Shown here: piece after piece, positions 8,006-17,444 of the stretch
Layout of the letters: every line of letters begins with the position of its first letter
How positions within the stretch are numbered: position 1 is the first letter of the stretch
Source of the DNA: a virus
Length of the DNA: 64,000 nucleotides
Reading direction: 5' to 3' (one strand)
Virus record (IMG/VR): IMGVR_UViG_2799112719_000001
Notes under the pieces: model-generated
Told to the model about the DNA's origin: nothing
The model's input: the letters and a program-made list of their open reading frames with translations, nothing else
Database searches by the model: none
Program-made: the position numbers and the translations under genes

Positions 8006-9619
8006 ATGACACAGAAAGATTACATTGCACTGGTGAACCAGGCACAGAGAAAGAGTTATGAGTATTACGTCCTGTCGGCTCCGACTATCAGCGACACAGA
8101 GTTTGACGTGTTGGTGGCTGAGATCGAGAAGGCTGAGTCTGAACATCCTGAGTGGATAGTTCCTGACTCTCCGACACAGTGCGTAGGTTCTGACCTGTCG
8201 GCCAATGGCCGCCGTCAGATCATCCATCGTACACCGATGCTGTCGTGCCAGAAGGCTAAGAACCTGGACGAACTGGCTAAGTGGGTCAGCAAGAGTGAGC
8301 AGCGTATGAATGAGCTGACTCATAGCAACCATACCGGCGGTTACAATTATGTGCTGATGTGGAAGTATGACGGCATTTCGTGCTCTATCGTTTATCAGGA
8401 TGGCGAACTGGTGAGTGCATCGACTCGTGGCGATGGTAGGGTAGGGCAGGACATCACCGAGCATGTGAAGATGATGGGTAGTGTGCCCCAGCAGCTTTCA
8501 AAGATTTATTATGGTGAGGGCTTTTCTCTCAAAGGTCGTATCGAAGTGCGTGGCGAGATCTGTTGCAGTAAGAAGAATCTGCCGTTGCTCTCTCAGAAGT
8601 ACACCGACTGCCGTACTGCCGCCAGCAGCTTGTGCAACCAGGCCGTGCCCGATGAGTACGACATGGCTATGCTCGACTTCATTCCCTGGGATGCTATAAT
8701 TGACGAACAGATCAGCTGCCAGCGTTACCTTTGTCCTACGCCGTTGGGTTATCCTTGGCATAAGCTCTCATTCCTGGAGAACCTGGGTTTCGTGCATCGT
8801 GCAGAGACTTTCTCGCCTCATGGCTACGAAGCCTGTGCTGCCTGCATTGCAGAGCGTGAGAAGGAGCGTGACGCTTATCCATGGCCTGTTGACGGTGTGG
8901 TTATACGCATTACGCATGATGACTACTTCCAGATGTTCGGTGCCACTGAGCACCATCCTCATGGCTCTATTGCCTATAAGTTTGCACCGGCTAAGACCAT
9001 TACCCGCTGCACTCGCATTGAGGTGACTGTCGGTAAGACCGGCAAGCGTACTCCCGTCGTACACTTCGAGCCTGTCACCATTATGGGCCGTACCGTCCGT
9101 AAGGCCAGCGTGGGCAGTGAGGCCACTCTCCAGCGTCTTGGTGTGGTCATGGGTAGCACCATTGAGGTAGGACTTGCTAACGATGTCCGTCCGACTGTCT
9201 ATCGCGTTATAGAGGATGCAGAAAATCAGGCTCCCGAAGTTACGGAAAATGACCCCTTAGAGGGTATCGACTTCCCTGGTGAAGAGAGTCCTGTATGTAG
9301 CAACATTGTTGCTGCCTCTGAAGAGGAACAGCCCGAAGAGCCTTGGTTGGCTCCGTCGTTTGCAGATCTCTATCCTGAGACGCAGGTACTTCACGAGGCA
9401 CCTACGCCTCCAGTAGTGGAGCCTGCTGTCGTTCCTGTCAGTGAGGATGATGGCCAGCAGTCGCCTGGTGGCTCTGTTGCTGCTCCTAACGGTAAGCATA
9501 AGATTCTGGCTGCCGTGGCCACTCTCTGCGTGGCTCTGGCCGTTGTGTGTGGTGCTGCCGTGCTCCTGGGTGCTCTGGCCTTTGCGCTGCCTGTGCTCAA
9601 TGGAACACTTCGCGCATAA
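8006..9619 (+). CDS. ligA: NAD-dependent DNA ligase, truncated form with hydrophobic C-terminal tail
   Basis: KYDG adenylation lysine motif, EVRGEI, and an OB-fold-like VGKTGKRTPVVHFEPVTIMG. Start at MTQKDY after the leader repeat. No Zn-finger, HhH or BRCT region is visible. Confidence 0.8.
   Translation: MTQKDYIALVNQAQRKSYEYYVLSAPTISDTEFDVLVAEIEKAESEHPEWIVPDSPTQCVGSDLSANGRRQIIHRTPMLSCQKAKNLDELAKWVSKSEQRMNELTHSNHTGGYNYVLMWKYDGISCSIVYQDGELVSASTRGDGRVGQDITEHVKMMGSVPQQLSKIYYGEGFSLKGRIEVRGEICCSKKNLPLLSQKYTDCRTAASSLCNQAVPDEYDMAMLDFIPWDAIIDEQISCQRYLCPTPLGYPWHKLSFLENLGFVHRAETFSPHGYEACAACIAEREKERDAYPWPVDGVVIRITHDDYFQMFGATEHHPHGSIAYKFAPAKTITRCTRIEVTVGKTGKRTPVVHFEPVTIMGRTVRKASVGSEATLQRLGVVMGSTIEVGLANDVRPTVYRVIEDAENQAPEVTENDPLEGIDFPGEESPVCSNIVAASEEEQPEEPWLAPSFADLYPETQVLHEAPTPPVVEPAVVPVSEDDGQQSPGGSVAAPNGKHKILAAVATLCVALAVVCGAAVLLGALAFALPVLNGTLRA
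9238..9259 (+). repeat. Iteron copy embedded in the ligA coding sequence
   Basis: GTTACGGAAAATGACCCCT is 19/19 identical to 11961-11979. Confidence 0.6.
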
Positions 9620-9663
9620 TCATCAATTCATAGATTCATAAATTCATAAAATCATTATAGTAT

Positions 9664-10491
9664 ATGTCAGAAATCAGAGAAAATCAAGTAAGACCACTCC
9701 CTATATGGGATGGTGAACTATCACAGTACAGTCAGCACTTTATGACTGGTATGCAGTTTCATGGCCCATTCATCGTGACGGCTTCACAAGCTCGTAATGA
9801 CCTTGGCCAGTGTATCATCAGCACTCGATCGCCACACCTGGTATGTAAGATTCATGCTTTCAAAACCAAAATGGGCGAGGGTGGAAATGAGAAAGCTCGC
9901 GCACAGGAAAAGCGTGAGGAAATGGCACGGATGGCATGGCTTCAGCAACGTGCAGACGCTTTCGACAATGAGCGTGAGGCATTGCGTCAGGGCATAACCA
10001 TCCGCGACTATATCGAGCAGAAGGGTAGGGTGTATGACGAAGAGTTTGACCAGCCGCGTATCGTGGTAAAGGTGCCTGGACTCTCGGCCTATCTGGAACT
10101 GCTTGGGTGCCTCGATTCGTTGAATGAGGGTGAAATAGATGCTATCGACTGGACGGGTGAGCATGGTATATTGGCTACGCTTGACAGCATGGCACAGTGG
10201 GCACAGAATATCTGGGATCGAAAAGACCGCCGCTACCGTGCTTCATCGACACTCGACATGCAGCCGTTACCTGAATGGCAGGCTGATGCCTACGACCCAG
10301 AACTGCGTCCCTGGATGCCTAAGAAGCGTGGCCTCGGTCATACCTATATCGACCCCAGCCGTCGCCCAGAACTGTTGCACTCGAAGGCTCCGCAAGGCTC
10401 TGCCGACTATGGCATGATACGCGACTTGAAACGTGCGACTGCCGACAATGCAGCTGTTGGCATGGCTCCTGAAAACTATGGTGATGAATAA
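9664..10491 (+). CDS. hypothetical protein
   Basis: 275-aa ORF after a leader repeat. Confidence 0.5.
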   Translation: MSEIRENQVRPLPIWDGELSQYSQHFMTGMQFHGPFIVTASQARNDLGQCIISTRSPHLVCKIHAFKTKMGEGGNEKARAQEKREEMARMAWLQQRADAFDNEREALRQGITIRDYIEQKGRVYDEEFDQPRIVVKVPGLSAYLELLGCLDSLNEGEIDAIDWTGEHGILATLDSMAQWAQNIWDRKDRRYRASSTLDMQPLPEWQADAYDPELRPWMPKKRGLGHTYIDPSRRPELLHSKAPQGSADYGMIRDLKRATADNAAVGMAPENYGDE

Positions 10492-10594
10492 TGGTCCTGT
10501 ATGTGGTTATGTTATAACGACTCTGAAAAATCACAGTTTTCATAAATTCATTAACTCATATTTTCATAAATTCATAAAATAATGACGATTTTAT

Positions 10595-10625
10595 TTTGTC
10601 AATTCAAAGTTTTATAGTACATTTG
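10595..10625 (+). promoter_or_regulatory. parA promoter
   Basis: TTTG at 10595-10598 and TACATTTG at 10618-10625. Confidence 0.55.
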
Positions 10626-10649
10626 CACCAAATTAAAATAATATAGGTT

Positions 10650-11513
10650 ATGGAAAGACTGAAAGAAGTTTTGGCTTTTGCCAACAACAAGGGTGGGGTA
10701 GCGAAGACTACCACCGTGCAGAACGTGGCTGCCGGAATGCTGAGACGTGATCCGTCGCTGCGCATCCTCTGCATTGACCTGGACCCGCAAGGGAATCTCT
10801 CATCGCTCCTGGGATGGAGGGAAAAGATGAAACAGTATCACGAGCAGAAGCACTCGACGCTGACGGTGGCCGACGCTCTGAGGGATGGCGATAACAATCA
10901 CCTGCCAGTGTATCAGAGCCGCGAGGGGCTGTTCTATGTGCCTGCATCGCCCATGCTGGCCGAGATAGATCCTGACCTGCACCGCCAGATGCAGCCGAAG
11001 CTGGTGCTGGCCTCGCTGTTTGGTAACGACATTCACTACATGGATAACCTCTACATGGAGGCAGAGCGACTGGATGGAGACTACATAGAGGACTGCTTCG
11101 ACTATGTGCTGATAGACTGTGCTCCTGCGCTGTCAGAACTGACCTACAACGCCCTGGGTGCCGCTACGGGTGTAATCATACCCGTGCAGCTGGGTTCGCT
11201 CAGTGTGGACGGCATAGGGCGCATGATGGAGGCTTACAAGGCGGTTAAGCGGAAACTAAACAACGACCTGGATATGCGGGGCCTGCTGATAGTGATGGCC
11301 GATGAGCGCACTAACCTGGCACGAGAGACCAGCGACTTCCTGCGCGACACCTACGATGCCGACATGTTCAAGACGCGCATCCGTCAGTGTGTGAAGGTGG
11401 GTGAAAGCCAGTTCCAGCATCAGGACATCTTCGACTATGCGCCTGACTGTACCGCTGCCCGCGACTACGACGATTTTATCACGGAATTGTTGAACAATGA
11501 TAATGAGGAATAA
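10650..11513 (+). CDS. parA: ParA-type partition ATPase
   Basis: Deviant Walker A NNKGGVAKTTT; about 287 aa. Followed 2 nt later by a small RHH-like gene. Confidence 0.85.
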   Translation: MERLKEVLAFANNKGGVAKTTTVQNVAAGMLRRDPSLRILCIDLDPQGNLSSLLGWREKMKQYHEQKHSTLTVADALRDGDNNHLPVYQSREGLFYVPASPMLAEIDPDLHRQMQPKLVLASLFGNDIHYMDNLYMEAERLDGDYIEDCFDYVLIDCAPALSELTYNALGAATGVIIPVQLGSLSVDGIGRMMEAYKAVKRKLNNDLDMRGLLIVMADERTNLARETSDFLRDTYDADMFKTRIRQCVKVGESQFQHQDIFDYAPDCTAARDYDDFITELLNNDNEE

Positions 11514-11515
11514 CT

Positions 11516-11857
11516 ATGGCTACAAAATCGTATAAGAAAAAGAGTATCGTGGCTGGATCACCTGCCATTCAGGAACACGAGGCCATGATGCAGGAGGTGA
11601 TGAATGAGCAGCCTGTCAACGACACGCCAGCCGTTCCGACGGCCAGTGTGCCAACAGGTAAGGGCGTGAAGCCTACGGGTGTGTTCTCGCAGTATGCTAC
11701 TGGCATGACGAAGAATGTGCAGACGCGCATCCCCTTTGACATGTACCAGCGTTTGCTTGCCCTGAAGATGCAGAGTGAGCAGCGGGATAAGAAACTGAAA
11801 CTCTCCATCGGCGACCTGGTGCTTCAGGCCATCGACGAATATCTGCAACGGCATTGA
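11516..11857 (+). CDS. ParG/RHH-like centromere-binding partner
   Basis: 113 aa immediately after parA. Disordered N-terminus and an RHH-like C-terminus (TRIPFDMYQRLLALK...IGDLVLQAIDEYL). Confidence 0.45.
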   Translation: MATKSYKKKSIVAGSPAIQEHEAMMQEVMNEQPVNDTPAVPTASVPTGKGVKPTGVFSQYATGMTKNVQTRIPFDMYQRLLALKMQSEQRDKKLKLSIGDLVLQAIDEYLQRH

Positions 11858-11983
11858 GGTTACGTCCTCATACCCCTTACTTAAAGGCTATGCAGGAAAT
11901 CACCGATTTTGGAGAGTTACCGAATTTGACCCCTAAATTTACGACCCCGCACCCCTGAAGGTTACGGAAAATGACCCCTAAAT
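11858..11983 (+). repeat. Direct iterons GGTTACG-N7-ACCCCTAAA (3 copies)
   Basis: Copies at 11858-11879, 11916-11940 and 11960-11983. Confidence 0.7.
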
Positions 11984-11997
11984 GAAGCATTTTCTTT

Positions 11998-12060
11998 ATT
12001 TATTATATAGTATTGAGAATTTTCTTTTATGGATTTAGAAAAGATATATAATTATAACGG
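11998..12060. promoter_or_regulatory. AT-rich putative DNA-unwinding element of the plasmid-type origin
   Basis: Strongly AT-rich stretch lying between opposed iteron arrays. Confidence 0.45.
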
Positions 12061-12117
12061 TATGAAAATAGCCGGAAAAGCCTTTATACAAAGGGTTTCC
12101 GCTCTTTGCAGGGTGCA

Positions 12118-12293
12118 AATGTCCGTAACTTTCGGTGCAAATGTTCGTAACATAAGGGTAATTATCCGTAACCGTAGGGGATATTCTCTGGAACCCTTTT
12201 GTTTAGGGGTAAAACAGCGTAACCTATCGCTGAATATGGTGGAAGATTTAGGGGTAAAATCCCGTAACCTGTTTAGGGGTAAAACTTCGTAAC
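12118..12293 (-). repeat. Inverted-orientation iterons TTTAGGGGTAAAAnnnCGTAAC (3 copies) plus extra CGTAAC half-sites
   Basis: Copies at 12202-12224, 12247-12269 and 12272-12293. GGTGCAAATGTnCGTAAC x2 at 12118-12155. Confidence 0.7.
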
Positions 12294-12327
12294 TTTGAGT
12301 CGATACTAAGTTTCAACTTATAAAGAA

Positions 12328-13797
12328 ATGACTATGGCAAAGAAAAACAAAGACGATAAGATGCAGGCACTCATCAAGAGCGACAATGCCATTATCCGTG
12401 AGCTGCGCGATCAGAAGTGGATTTATAATCCCAAGGTGTTCGCACAGGTGGCTGGTGACTTCTCGCTGATGCACCAAAGGGTTCTGTTGGGTGTGCTCGA
12501 AAAGCTGCAAGACCGTATAGCCTATTCTGCTTCTGAGCATCAGAAGAATCAGCAGCTTTGGCTCCCGCTCTTCTCGCCGGACGAAATGAATACGTCGGTG
12601 GACTTCGAGATAGACCCAAGAGATATTGGTGTGACTCCTGGCCACTATCCTGAGTTGGCACAGGCTTTGTCAGATCTGATAGGTCTGAAGATGGGTTGGC
12701 CGAAGCGTAAGGGTAATAAGACGGTGTATCAGTTTGTGTCATTCTTCAGTCGCCTGGAAATGCCGATGACTGAAAGCGGATGGCGCACAGGAAAGATCCG
12801 CGTAAAGATGGATAAGGAGAATGTCAACGACTTCTTATCCATGGAGCGTGGCTATACTGACCACATCGCTAAGATTGCTCAGTTCTCGAAGAAACAGCGT
12901 ACTCCCAGACTGTATATCTACCTTTCGACGTTCAAATATAAGAAGCGTGACGAAGTAGAGTACCCAGAACTGTGCGAGTTCCTTGGCATTGATGATGAAA
13001 GTTATGTGGAGTCGCATAAGGCAGAGAATCCTAATGTGAAGCCTACGGATAATCCTTTTCATAAGTTCTCGAAGGTGAAGAAACTGATTCTGGACCCATC
13101 GAAGCAGGAAATGGATAAGTTCTCGGCTGAGAAGAAAATCGACTTCACGTTTACTTACGAGCCGATGTATAAGGATGGCCGTAAGAAGGGTAATCCTACG
13201 CATATTGAGTTTGTCATCGTTCCAGGACCGCTGGGAATTGAGCGTGAACAGGACCGCAAACGTCATGGGCAGGTGCAGAGTGTCATCAGTTCGCTTACGA
13301 AATGGTGTCCTGACATCAAACCTTACGAGGTGGTGGAACTGGCCAAGGAGGTGCAGGATGACTGGCTGGATGACTTCTGTAACTTTGCCTACGACGATGT
13401 GCGCCATCAGGTAGAGAAGACTCAGCCAGACCATGTGGCAGAATATGTCATTACGATGCTCTCTAACTGGATTAAGGATCGTCAGATGGCCGCAGAGCGT
13501 AAGCGTATAGAGGACCAGAGACAGTATGAGCTATTTGAGCGTCAGGAGGCAGAAAGTAAGTGGCCTGCTTGCTTTGCTGAGATCTCGGCATCTATACCTG
13601 TCACTTCCAGTCAGCTTTATTTCTGTGACTATGGGAATGCAGAGATAAAAGGGGTGGTTAGAAAGACCATCACTTTGTGGATAGTGAATGAGGCATTTAT
13701 ATCGGTGATTGAAAGCAAAGAGAATCTGCCGGCCTATGAGGGTGCTATCCGTAAATATTATGGTCAAATAGCCGTTCAATACAAATTGATAAGGTAA
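12328..13797 (+). CDS. Rep_3-like plasmid replication initiator
   Basis: N-terminal pattern IKSDNAIIRELRDQ...FSLMHQRVLLGVLEKLQ is typical of iteron-binding Rep proteins. The gene is flanked by iterons on both sides. Confidence 0.6.
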   Translation: MTMAKKNKDDKMQALIKSDNAIIRELRDQKWIYNPKVFAQVAGDFSLMHQRVLLGVLEKLQDRIAYSASEHQKNQQLWLPLFSPDEMNTSVDFEIDPRDIGVTPGHYPELAQALSDLIGLKMGWPKRKGNKTVYQFVSFFSRLEMPMTESGWRTGKIRVKMDKENVNDFLSMERGYTDHIAKIAQFSKKQRTPRLYIYLSTFKYKKRDEVEYPELCEFLGIDDESYVESHKAENPNVKPTDNPFHKFSKVKKLILDPSKQEMDKFSAEKKIDFTFTYEPMYKDGRKKGNPTHIEFVIVPGPLGIEREQDRKRHGQVQSVISSLTKWCPDIKPYEVVELAKEVQDDWLDDFCNFAYDDVRHQVEKTQPDHVAEYVITMLSNWIKDRQMAAERKRIEDQRQYELFERQEAESKWPACFAEISASIPVTSSQLYFCDYGNAEIKGVVRKTITLWIVNEAFISVIESKENLPAYEGAIRKYYGQIAVQYKLIR

Positions 13798-13823
13798 GGT
13801 TACGGAAAATACCCCCTAAATTT
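13798..13823 (+). repeat. Iteron copy downstream of rep
   Basis: GGTTACGGAAAATACCCCCTAAATTT. Confidence 0.6.
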
Positions 13824-13888
13824 GTCTCACATTTTTCATTTGATAGAAGTACCTTTGGCGTAGTATTCACCAAAGGTATTTTTATTGT

Positions 13889-14491
13889 ATGAGAAAAAAA
13901 TCACTGCTTTTCTGTTTTTTGTGTTGCTATATCATAGCAGCCTTATCCTCGTGTTCTGCTACTCAGACTACCATCGACCACTCAGAGAGCCACCATATAG
14001 ATAGCAGCTTTGTGCAGATGCAGTTGCAGCAGTTGGTCAGTCAGCAGCAGGCCCGTTACGACTCTCTGATGCGTGTGGTGCAGCAGCGTGACTCGATTTC
14101 CCAGAATATCAACGAGCAGGAGCGTGAGCACATCACCGAAACGGTTACGTCGTGGATCGACTCGCTGGGGCGCAAGGTGACTCAGGAGGCCCGTACCATC
14201 GACCGCCAGCGTGACCGATCAGAGGAACTGCGTCAGCAGCGTATCATCAATGAGCAGGAGCAACGCATCCAGTCGTGCCAGGAGCGCATCGACTCGCTCT
14301 ATAATCTCTTACTCGAAAAGACGGCTCTGGAGGTAAACGACACAACCAATTACCACAAAGAGGTCATCAAACCGGCACACACGCCATCGTTCCTACAACG
14401 TGTGCATGACTTCTTTACTACCTTGGTCAATGTCATCGTCTTTGCTGCTATCTTCGCCTTTATCATTCGCTGGAAACGCCGTAAGTCGTAA
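13889..14491 (+). CDS. Lipoprotein with coiled-coil and C-terminal TM helix (u-spanin-like topology)
   Basis: Lipobox ALSSC after a hydrophobic signal, a Q/E/R-rich coiled middle, and a C-terminal FFTTLVNVIVFAAIFAFIIRWKRRKS. Confidence 0.5.
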   Translation: MRKKSLLFCFLCCYIIAALSSCSATQTTIDHSESHHIDSSFVQMQLQQLVSQQQARYDSLMRVVQQRDSISQNINEQEREHITETVTSWIDSLGRKVTQEARTIDRQRDRSEELRQQRIINEQEQRIQSCQERIDSLYNLLLEKTALEVNDTTNYHKEVIKPAHTPSFLQRVHDFFTTLVNVIVFAAIFAFIIRWKRRKS

Positions 14492-15472
14492 GATACTCCC
14501 TACACCTGAAGCCTTTTCGTGGCTCAAACTCTTCAAAGGAATGGGCTACGAAATGGGCTTTTTTGTTGACCCATCCTGCCATGTCCTTTTGCCATTGTGG
14601 AATGATATGGTGTGGGTTGTTAGGATCACGGTAGGGCTGGGCATGTGGATAGACATAGCGGCCCTGATGTGAGGCCCGCGTCTCTTGTGTACGATGCCAC
14701 CAATAGGTGATGCGCTCGTAGCACTCCCTGAAGTCTGAGGTGAGCATGGTGTATAGGAAGTATTGCCCTGTGAAGCCGTAGCGGTTGATCATATTCATGG
14801 CCCGCTCACATTCTGCTATCTGTCCGTGTGTGTCACAGCCGAAGCGGATGCGGTTGTTATCGAGCCACTTCACTTTTGCCAGCAGCTGTGCTATCTCATC
14901 CGTTACCAGTCGTGCATCGAGGGCCTGATTGAAGTCCACTCGGTAGCCTCTTTCTATAATCTTTTGCAGCTGCTGTATGCAGTAGTCGCCAGCAGCCAGA
15001 ATATTGTTATCCATCAGCACTAACTTACGACGGCCCTCAATGGCTATTTCGTCCACATCCATATATGGCCGGATGGCTCCCTCTTTCTTGGGCACCACAC
15101 ACCAACGGCATTTGTTAGGACAGCCGCGAGTGAGGAATCCGTAGGCAGTATCTTTCGGGATGTTAGGATAGATGGAGTAGTCTGGCTGCAAACGGTCTAT
15201 TTCGTCGGGCAACTGGCTCAGAGGATCATAGCCGGTGCCTCCTTTGATGATTTTGTCTGCATCGTAGATATAAGTATCGTCTGGGGAAAAGTTAAACACT
15301 TTCGACATATACACAATGTCGTAGTGCTCCATGGGGCTTGCCCATGAGATTTGCCCCCCCCCCTATTACGCCAGTATCTCGCAATCTTAGCGAGTGCGAG
15401 ATTGGGGTAAATCGTGGCTCCCCACTTTTTTTTCTTGGCGTGTCCGTCCACGTCCACAAGTCCTATCTTCAT
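14463..15472 (-). CDS. Radical SAM protein interrupted by a frameshift at a G10 tract
   Basis: CPNKCRWC (CX3CX2C). The N-part MKIGLVDVDGHAKKKKWGATIYPNLALAKIARYWRNRGG joins QISWASPMEHYDIVYMSKVF if the tract is 8 or 11 G. Confidence 0.7.
15354..15363 (-). repeat. G10 homopolymer (sense strand), frameshift site
   Basis: C10 on the plus strand. In frame at 8 or 11. Confidence 0.9.
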
Positions 15473-15567
15473 ATATTAAGCATGTTTGAACAGTCTTATT
15501 TTGCAGAAATCTGTCACATTAAGCAGGTTTGAAACTTCTTAATTTACAGATACCCGTCAAATTCTAA

Positions 15568-15810
15568 TCAATTCTTACCTTTACTCTGTTGTGCCATGGC
15601 CATCAGTTTACGCTCTTCGTCGGTGGTGGTGTCAAGCGTGATTTGTTTGAAGTCTGGGTATTTCTCCCATATCAGATCAGAGGCTTCAAGAGCCTTTGAT
15701 ACGGTGTCTTTTATCAAGTCCTGAAATCCGTCCAGGTTCTTAATCTCGTTGGTCTCAGGTTCAATGCGGAAAGTTCTGTCATTGATGCCCTGTGCTAATA
15801 TAATTTTCAT
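15568..15810 (-). CDS. hypothetical protein
   Basis: 80-aa ORF with a leader repeat at 15811-15845. Confidence 0.5.
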   Translation of the reverse strand: MKIILAQGINDRTFRIEPETNEIKNLDGFQDLIKDTVSKALEASDLIWEKYPDFKQITLDTTTDEERKLMAMAQQSKGKN

Positions 15811-15994
15811 AATTTAATGAATTGATGAATTACTTAAATCATTTATTTTTCTTGTGAAGAATGACCCTGTTATACGTTTCCTCAATAGCTTTATATTCCT
15901 GTATTGTCATTGGTATAGGTGGGGTCATAGGACGTAACATTGGACGTTTTTTAGGCAATGAGTATTTTTTGTTTGACATAATCGTAATCTTTCT

Positions 15995-16808
15995 TCATAT
16001 CTCGAAATCTAATGTTAGCTGTCTGCTTGCTTCTCTGATGCGTTTTTTAGCAACCTTGAAATACTTTGGGTCTTTCTCGATGCCGATATACTGCCTTTTC
16101 TCCATGATGGCCGCTACACAGGTGGTGCCGCTTCCCATCGTATTGTCTAAAATTACCCCCCCCCATTTGGCTATAAGTCCTTATCAGGTAGCGTAGCAGA
16201 TCCACGGGCTTTTGTGTCGGATGGAACACAGTGGTCTCATGCTCTTTCTGAATATGGATGATGCTCTGAGGAAATTTCTCGTTGGGTCGGGTAGGGGCCA
16301 CCTTGCGTATTTGCTTATCGTAGTCATACGTTCTGCCGGTCTTGAACTGTCCGTAACAGTTGTTAGTCCTGGGGTGCTCCAACTTCCCCTGGGAATGGTT
16401 TGGCTCTCCGATGCCCATCTGAGGGTTATAGACAGGCAGCTGCTTATAGAACACACAAATATCCTCATGGCAACGCATGGGCATACGGTTGGCATTCAGA
16501 AAGCCGGTGCCGCGTCCTTTATCCCATATCAGATTGTATCTCCAGAGCTTCCTATTGCTTTGCATGAGGTCGCTGGTAAACATTCCCTGGGCAAAGAGTA
16601 TAATTGCACCATTGGGCTTAATAATGCGCTCATATTGCGCCCAAAGTGGCTGGAACGGAATTATTCGGTCCCATTGCGCATTAGGGTTGTCTTTGTGAAG
16701 CACCTGGTATGGCAGATCGCAGATGATGGCATCAATGCTTTCGTCTGCTATCCCTGTCATCAGGTCCAGGCAGTCGCCTAAGTATATGTTGTTTGGCTCT
16801 ACGTTCAT
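15995..16808 (-). CDS. N6/N4-type DNA methyltransferase (DPPY family) interrupted at a G9 tract
   Basis: IYLGDCLDLM and AIICDLPYQ (DPPY variant), then HPTQKPVDLLRYLIRTYSQMGG. With G8 it continues VILDNTMGSGTTCVAAIMEKRQYIGIEKDPKYF to a stop at 15995. Confidence 0.75.
16156..16164 (-). repeat. G9 homopolymer (sense strand), frameshift site
   Basis: C9 on the plus strand. In frame at 8. Confidence 0.9.
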
Positions 16809-17425
16809 TTCGTTTCTATTGAGTTTCCATCGTTTGTGACCTTCAGGCGAAACATCTTCAGGCGGTCATCACCATCTGAGAGGTTGGCATTGAGCCAGGC
16901 CATGATGTTCTCGCCCACGAACTCCATGATATCCTTTGTGTCGTAGGTGTCGCAGGATGGATAGGTCATTTCCACTTCGATCGTCAGCTTCTTATAGGGC
17001 TTCGGATAATTGAGCATCTGGTGTTTCCATTTCTCCATGTCCTCGAAAGATGGTTTGAATTGGGGAAAGATGATCTTATCAGGGATAGAGCCTAATGTGC
17101 TCTTTGGAGCAGGCACACTCTTTACCTCTTCCAACGCCTGAAAGAAAGCCTCGAAGGGTAGTCTGTGAAAGCCTAACTCATCCTGTGGATGCAATTCGGC
17201 ATATTGCTTATCGAAGAGAGACACGATGCTTGGTACTGGTCTGCCGCTAATGATACATATCATTCTTGCTGAGTATTTGATATGGCGGTGCTTGGTGCCT
17301 CGTGCCAGTTTTACGCCTGGTATTGGCGTATCGTCGTAGATGATAGTCGTATCGAAGTCGTACACCTGTCCTACTTCAAACTTCGCTCCTTCGATTTCCA
17401 GTCCTATAATACACTTCGCTTTCAT
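16805..17425 (-). CDS. hypothetical protein
   Basis: 206-aa ORF. ATGA overlap with the downstream MTase. Leader repeat at 17426-17446. Confidence 0.5.
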   Translation of the reverse strand: MKAKCIIGLEIEGAKFEVGQVYDFDTTIIYDDTPIPGVKLARGTKHRHIKYSARMICIISGRPVPSIVSLFDKQYAELHPQDELGFHRLPFEAFFQALEEVKSVPAPKSTLGSIPDKIIFPQFKPSFEDMEKWKHQMLNYPKPYKKLTIEVEMTYPSCDTYDTKDIMEFVGENIMAWLNANLSDGDDRLKMFRLKVTNDGNSIETK

Positions 17426-17444
17426 AATTTAATGAATTTATGAA

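Noticed and set aside
12029-12292. 87-aa ORF within the origin region
   Set aside because: It is made almost entirely of iteron and CGTAAC repeats, so it is better explained as non-coding origin DNA.
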